The notes below the pieces were generated by a model. That model was not told where the DNA came from, ran no database searches, and saw nothing but the letters and a program-made list of their open reading frames with translations. Of a stretch of 64,000 nt of DNA, positions 57,801-64,000 are shown in pieces; position 1 is the first letter of the stretch, and each line of letters starts with the position of its first letter. Source of the stretch: the human T2T-CHM13v2.0 reference genome, Homo sapiens; NCBI RefSeq assembly GCF_009914755.1, contig NC_060933.1; one strand, written 5' to 3'. Position numbers and translations under genes: made by a program.

Positions 57801-60800
57801 AGACAGAAAATAAACAAAGAAACATCAGAGTTAAACTATACACTAGACCAAATAGGCCTATCTGACATCTAAAGAAGTATTCATCCAACTGCTGCAGAAT
57901 ACACATTATTTTTATCATCATGTGAAACATTTTCCAGAATAGACCATATCTTCAGCCACAAAAAAGTGTCAACAAATTCAAAAACTCAAAATCATAGCAA
58001 AGATATTTTCTGACCAAAGTGAAATCAAAGGAGAAATCAATAGCAAGAGAATCTGAGAAAACACACAAACACATGGGAATTAAACTACATGCTCCTAAAT
58101 GACAAATGTCAATGAAGAAATTTTTAAAATCTTGAAATAAATGAAAATGAAAATACAGCATACCAAAATTGATGTAATACAACAAAAACAGTACTAGGAG
58201 GAAAGATTATGGCAATAAACAATGACCCTTTTGAAACTAGAAAATCAAGAGTAAGCCAAGCCCCAAATTAATACAAAGAAAAAAGTCACAAAGATTAGAA
58301 CAGAAATCAATGAAATTAAGACTAGAAAAATACATAAGATTAATAAGCTGCACAAACTAAAAACAAAAGAGAGAAGACACATATACATAAAATCAGAAAA
58401 AAATGGAGACCACAGAAATACAAAGAATTATTAGAGAATATTATGAATAACTATACATCAACAAATTGAAAAACCTACAAAAATGGATGAATTTCAGGAT
58501 ACATACAACCTATTAAAACTGAACCATGAAGAAATAGAAAACCTTGACAAACTAATAATGAGTAACAGATTTGAAGTCATAATAAAAAGTCTCCCATTCC
58601 AGAAAATCTCAGGACGTGACTGCTTCCTTGTTAAATTCTACCAAACATTTAAAGAAGAACTAATACCAATTATACTAAAATTCTTCAAAAAATTTGAAGA
58701 GGAGGGAATACCTCTAAACTCATCCTATTAGGCCAGGATTTTGTTCATACTAAAACCAGTTAAAAAAAAAAACTATAGCCCAGTATCACTGATGTGAATA
58801 TAGATGCAAAAATCTTCAACAAAATGTTAGCAAACTGAATTCAGCAACACATTAGACAAACCATTTACCATAATCAAGTGGGATTTATCTCAGGGATTCA
58901 AGGATGGCTTAACATATACCAATCAATAAGTGTGATGTAACAAATTAACTGAACTAAGAACAAAAATCATATGATCATTTCAATAGATGCTACAAAAGCA
59001 TTCCACATAATTCAACATCTCTTTATGATAAATAAGAAAACCACAACAAACTAGGCATAGAAGAAACATATCTCAAAATAATAAAAGACATATATGACAA
59101 ACTCACAGCTAACACTGTATTAAACGGTGAACATTTAAAAGTCTTTTCTCTAAGATCTGGAACAAGACAAAAATGCCCACTTTCCCCACTTTTATTCAAC
59201 ATAACACTTGAAGTCCTGGCCAGAATATTTAGGCAAGAGAAATAAATAAAAGTCATGCAAACTGGAAATAAAAAAGCCAAATTAACCTTGTTCACAAATT
59301 ATGTGATCTTATATTTAGAAAAAACTTAAAGACTCCACTAAAAATACCTGTTAAACTGACAAAAAGAATCGGTAAGTTTACAAAATACAAAATCAACATT
59401 CAAAAATCCACAATTATACATGCCAACAGAGAACAATCTGAAAAAGAAATCAAGAAAGCAATCCCATTTACAATAGCTACAAAAATATATAAAATCCCTT
59501 GGAATCAGTTTAACCAAGGAAGTGAAAAACCTGTACAACAAGTTTTCCTGTACAAGGAAAACTTTAAAACACTGATGAAATATACTGAAGAAGACACAAA
59601 ACACATGAATGGGTATTCCATGCTCATTAATTGAAAGAATTAATAATCTTAAAATTACAATTTTACCCAAAGCAATTTAAAGATTCCATGTAATTCCTAT
59701 CAAAATACTAATGATATTTTTCACAGAAATAGAAAAAAAATCTAAAATTTATATGGAATCAGAAAAGACTCCAAATAGCAAAAGCGATGTTAAACAGGAA
59801 AAAAACAAGCTGGTGCATCACACTACCTGACTTCAAAATATACTACAAATCTATATTAACAAAATCATCATGACACTGGCATAAAAACAGACACATAGAC
59901 CAATGAAATGGAATATAGAACCCAGGTATAAAACCACCCATTTACAGCCAACTTATTTTAGACAAAGGAGCCAAGAACATACAATGGGGAAAGAAGAGTC
60001 TTTTCATTAAGTGGTGCTAGCCAAACTGCATAACCATATGCAGAATAATGAAACTTGACCCCTATCTTCACCATATATGAAAATCAAATAAAGTGGATTA
60101 AAGACTTAAATCTAAGATCTGAAACTATGAAATTACAAGAAGAAAACATTAGTGAAACCCTCCAGGTCATTGATCTGGACAAAAATTTTTGTGTAAGGCC
60201 TCAAAAGCGTAGGCAACCAAGCCAAAAATGAACAAATGAGATTATATCAAGCTAAAAAGCTTTTAAAAGCAAATAAAATAATCAACACAGTGAGAGACAA
60301 CCCACAGAATAAGAAGAAATATTTGCAGACTATCCATCTGACAAGAGATTAATAACCAGGACATATAGTAAACTCAAACAACTTGATAAAAAATTTAAAA
60401 ACCTAATAATTTGCTTAAAAATAGGGCAAAATAATCAAATAGAAACTTCTCAAAAGACATACAGCCAACAAGTTTATTAAAGAAAAGTCAACATTACTAA
60501 TTATCAGAGAAATGCAAATCAAAACCACAATGAGATATAATCTCATGCCAGTTAAAATGGCTTTCATCAAAAAGACAGGGAATAATGGATGGTAGAAAGG
60601 ATGTGGAAAAAGTAGAACCATCATATGCTGTTTGTGGGAATGTAAATTAATATAGCCACTTTGGAAAACTGCATGGAGGTTCCTCAAAAAACTGAAAATA
60701 GAGCTATCATATGACCCAGAAATTTCAATACTGAGTATATATTCAAAAAAAGAAAATTAATGTATCAAAGAGATACCTGGATTCCAATGTTTATTGCAGC

Positions 60801-61385
60801 ACTATTCACAATAGCCAAAATATAGAATCAACCTATGTGCCCATAAATAAGTAAATAAAGAAAATGTGGTATATATGCTCAAGGAAATATTATTCATCCA
60901 TCGAAAAGAATGAAATCCTGTCATTTGCAGCAACATGAATGAACCTGGAAATCATTACATTTAGTGAAATAAGCCAGATATAGAAGGGCAAATATTGCAT
61001 GTTTTAACTCATGTGGGAGCTAAACAAAGTGGATCTTATGAATATATAGTAGATTGGTAGTTATCAGAGGCTGGGAAAGATATAGAGGAGGAGAGATATA
61101 TAGGTTGATTAACAGGTATAAAGAACCGTTTGGCAGAGGAAATAGGACCTAGTGTTTGGTAGATCAGCAGGGGGACTATGGTTTAAAATAAAGGTCTATT
61201 GAATATTTTTAAATAGCTAGAAGAGGAATTCCAGTGTTTCTAGCATAAATAAAAGACAAATATTTAATGTGATGGATATCCCAATTACACTGATTTAATC
61301 TTTACAAAGTATATGAATGGATTAGATAACCACATATATTCCAAAATAGGTATGTCTATTATATATAAATAACAAATTTAAAAAT
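54830..61385 (+). mobile_element. Full-length degenerate L1MA (L1MA3-like)
   Basis: 5'UTR, ORF1 and ORF2 remnants (MDEFQDTYNLLKLNHEEIENL...FYQTFKEEL); 3'UTR 'gacctagtgtttggtagatcag...tgtttctagcataaa...gtgatggatatcccaattac'. Confidence 0.9.
55548..55774 (+). mobile_element. Short L1PA (PA13-15-like) 3' fragment without poly(A), inside the L1MA 5'UTR
   Basis: 'attatccttagcaaactaacacaggaac...gagaggatcagaaaaaataa...ccccatgacacaa', same motif as 40706-40930, ending before the polyA signal. Confidence 0.88.
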
Positions 61386-61958
61386 TGTACAGACAGAAAT
61401 GAAAAAAATAAAACTCATAATAGAGCCAACAAAGTTCAAATCAAATATCCTAAACATCTGTATTAATGACATAATTAAAATATTTGAGAAAAATCACACA
61501 AAATAAATAAAAAGAGAAAAAAATACTGAAAGTAATTAGATAAAATATTATAGACATGAGAACAGACAACAGTACTTATGAATAAATATTACCAGTATCT
61601 TCAACAAAATAGTTTATGCAATAAACAGATATATCTGAAGACATAATCCAGTCAACACAAAATGAAGCTTAATAAAAACAACTTGGAATTGGAGTAATAA
61701 AATGACAAGTTAGTGGCAGTAAGTATAAGATCAATCAAATTAAAGGCAGAATTTAAAATATAAAAATGAAGTTAGTTTTGGCAACAAACAGACTGTATTT
61801 TCTATAATGCAGTTTTTGAAACGTAAACTATATAAGTAAAATTAGTTTATTGATAATAGCTTGGAAATTTTTTCTAGAATTTTCAAGGAAAAAGAGGAAA
61901 TCCAGGAAGATGGGGAAAAAGAGGCATCTGGCATTAGTTTGTTCTTCATTTTAATGGC

Positions 61959-64000
61959 TGTATTAGTCTGTTTTCACACTGCTATAAACACCTGAGGCTG
62001 GAAAGTTTGATTGACTCAGAGTTGTGCTTGGCTGAGGAAGCCTCAGGAAACTTACAATTATGGCGGAAGGAGAAGCAGGCATTTTCTTCACAGGGAAGCA
62101 GCATACAAGAAGGGTGAAGGGGGAAGAGTCCCTTATAAAACCATTGGATCTTGTGAGAACTAACTCACTATCACAAGAACAGCAAGGGGAAACCACCCCG
62201 ATGATCCAATTACCTCCCACCAGGTCCCTCCCTTGACACATGAAGATTATAATTTGAGATGAGATTGGGGTGGGGACACACAGCCAAACCATATCATTCT
62301 GCCCCTGGGCCCTTCCAAGTCTCACATCCTCACTTTTCAAAACCAATCATGCCTTCCCAACTGTCCCCCAAAACCAAAGTCTTAATTCATTCCAGCATTA
62401 ACTCAGAAGTCTAATTCCAAAGCCTCATCTGAAACAAGGCAAGTCCCTTTTGCCTAGAAGACTGTAAAATCTTCTAAGATACAATGGGGCTACAGGCATT
62501 GGATAAATGCTCCCATTCAAAATGGGAGAAATTGGCCAAAACAAAGGGATTATAGGGCCCATGCATGTCTGAAATCCAGCGGGGCAGCCATTAAATGTTA
62601 AAGCTCCATAATAATCTCCTTTGACTCCATGACTCACATCCAAGGCACACTGATGCACGAGCTCTGCCTTGTGGCTTTTTAGGGTACAGCCCCTCAGCTG
62701 CTTTCACAGCTGATATTGAGTATCTGCAGCTTTTTCAGGTGCATGGTACAAGCTGTCAGTGGATCTACCATTTTGGGGTCTGGAAGAGAATGGCCCTCTT
62801 CTCACATCTCCACTAGGCAGTGACCCAGGTGGGACTCTGTGGCAGCTCCAACCCCACATTTTCCTTCTGCACTGCCCTAGCAGAGGTTCTTCATCAGGGC
62901 TCCACACCTGCATCAGACTTCTGCCTGGACATCCAGGCATTTCTATACATCCTTGGAAATCTAGGCAGGGGTTCCCAAATTTCAATTCTTGAATTTTTTG
63001 CACCTGCAGGGCCTACACCATGTGGAAGCTGCCAAGGCTTAGGGCTTGCACCCTGTAGAGCAATAGCCTAAGCTGTACCTTGACCCCTTTTAGTCACAGC
63101 TGTAGCTGGAGCAGCTGGGACCCAGAGCACCAAGTCCTGAGGCTGCACAAAGCAGTAGAGCCCTGGACAGTGCCCATGAAATGCTTTTTCCCTTCTAGGC
63201 CTCTAGGCCTGTGATGAGAGGGGCTGCCACAAAGGTCTCTGACATGCCCTGGAGACATTTTCCTCATTATCTTGGGCTATTAACATTTGACTCTTCATTA
63301 CTTATGCAAATTTCTGCAGCTTGCTTGAATTTCTGCACAGAAAATGGGTTTTTCTCTTCTACTACATGGTCAGACTGCAAATTTTCCAAACTTTTACACT
63401 CTGTCACTTCTCGAACACTTTATTGCTTAGAAATTTCTTCTACCAGATACCCTAAGTCATCTCTCTCAAGTTCAAAGTTCCACAGATATCCAGAGCAGGG
63501 GCAAAATGCCGCCAGTCTCTTTGCTAAAGCACAGCAAGAGTGACCTTTGTTCCAGTTCCAAATAAGTTTCTCATCTCCATCTAAGACCACCTCAGCCTAG
63601 ACTTCATTGTCCATATCACTATGTGCGTTTTGGTCAAAACCTTTCAAAAGTCTCTACGAAGTTTCAAAGTTTCCCACTTCTTTCTGTTTTCTTTTGAGCC
63701 CTTTAAATTGTTCCAACCTCTGCTTGTTACCTAGTTCCAAAGTCACTTCCACATTTTCAGGTTATCTTTATAGCAGTACCCAACTCTCAGTACCAATTTA
63801 CTATATTAGTCCACTTTCACACTGCTATAAAGAAATACTGGAGACTGGGTAATTCATAAACAAAAGAGGTTTACTTGACTCACAGTTTTGCATGGCCGGG
63901 GAGGCCTCAGGAATGTTGCAGTCATGGCAGAAGTGAAAGCAGGCACCTTCTTCACCAGGCAACGGAAGACAAGAACGATGAAGAGGAAAGAACCCCTTAT
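61959..64000 (-). mobile_element. THE1 (THE1D-like MaLR) element: 3'LTR 61959-62296, internal 62297-63801, 5'LTR 63802-window end
   Basis: Two homologous LTRs starting 't(g/a)tattagtc...ttcacactgctataaa'; LTR end 'ggggacacacagccaaaccatatca'; ~1.5-kb internal region with purine tract 'ccaggggcagaa' (minus strand) next to the 3'LTR. Confidence 0.93.

Overview
This is primate (human-like) nuclear DNA, not a prokaryotic accessory region. It is AT-rich, and most of it is decayed transposable elements: Alu J/S/Y, three near-full-length old L1s (~14355-21855, 35137-41018, ~54830-61385), older L1M fragments, L2, MIR, MER44/MER5A DNA-transposon relics, MLT1/MST/MLT2 solo LTRs, and a THE1-type LTR-internal-LTR element running off the right edge. 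I find no intact protein-coding gene, RNA gene or CRISPR array. The ORF track is explained by broken L1 ORF1/ORF2, Alu frames and chance ORFs. I cannot support a previously undescribed biological system. The most distinctive signal is a set of templated-insertion and fold-back scars: a 164-bp inverted self-copy in an L1, a 64-bp copy pasted 1.4 kb away, and several small hairpin-creating insertions. Also notable are deeply nested elements, 1.5-mer Alu composites, a young AluY with a perfect TSD, and weak candidate minus-strand exons and regulatory elements. Repeat subfamilies were called by eye from remembered consensus motifs, and boundaries of old elements are approximate.
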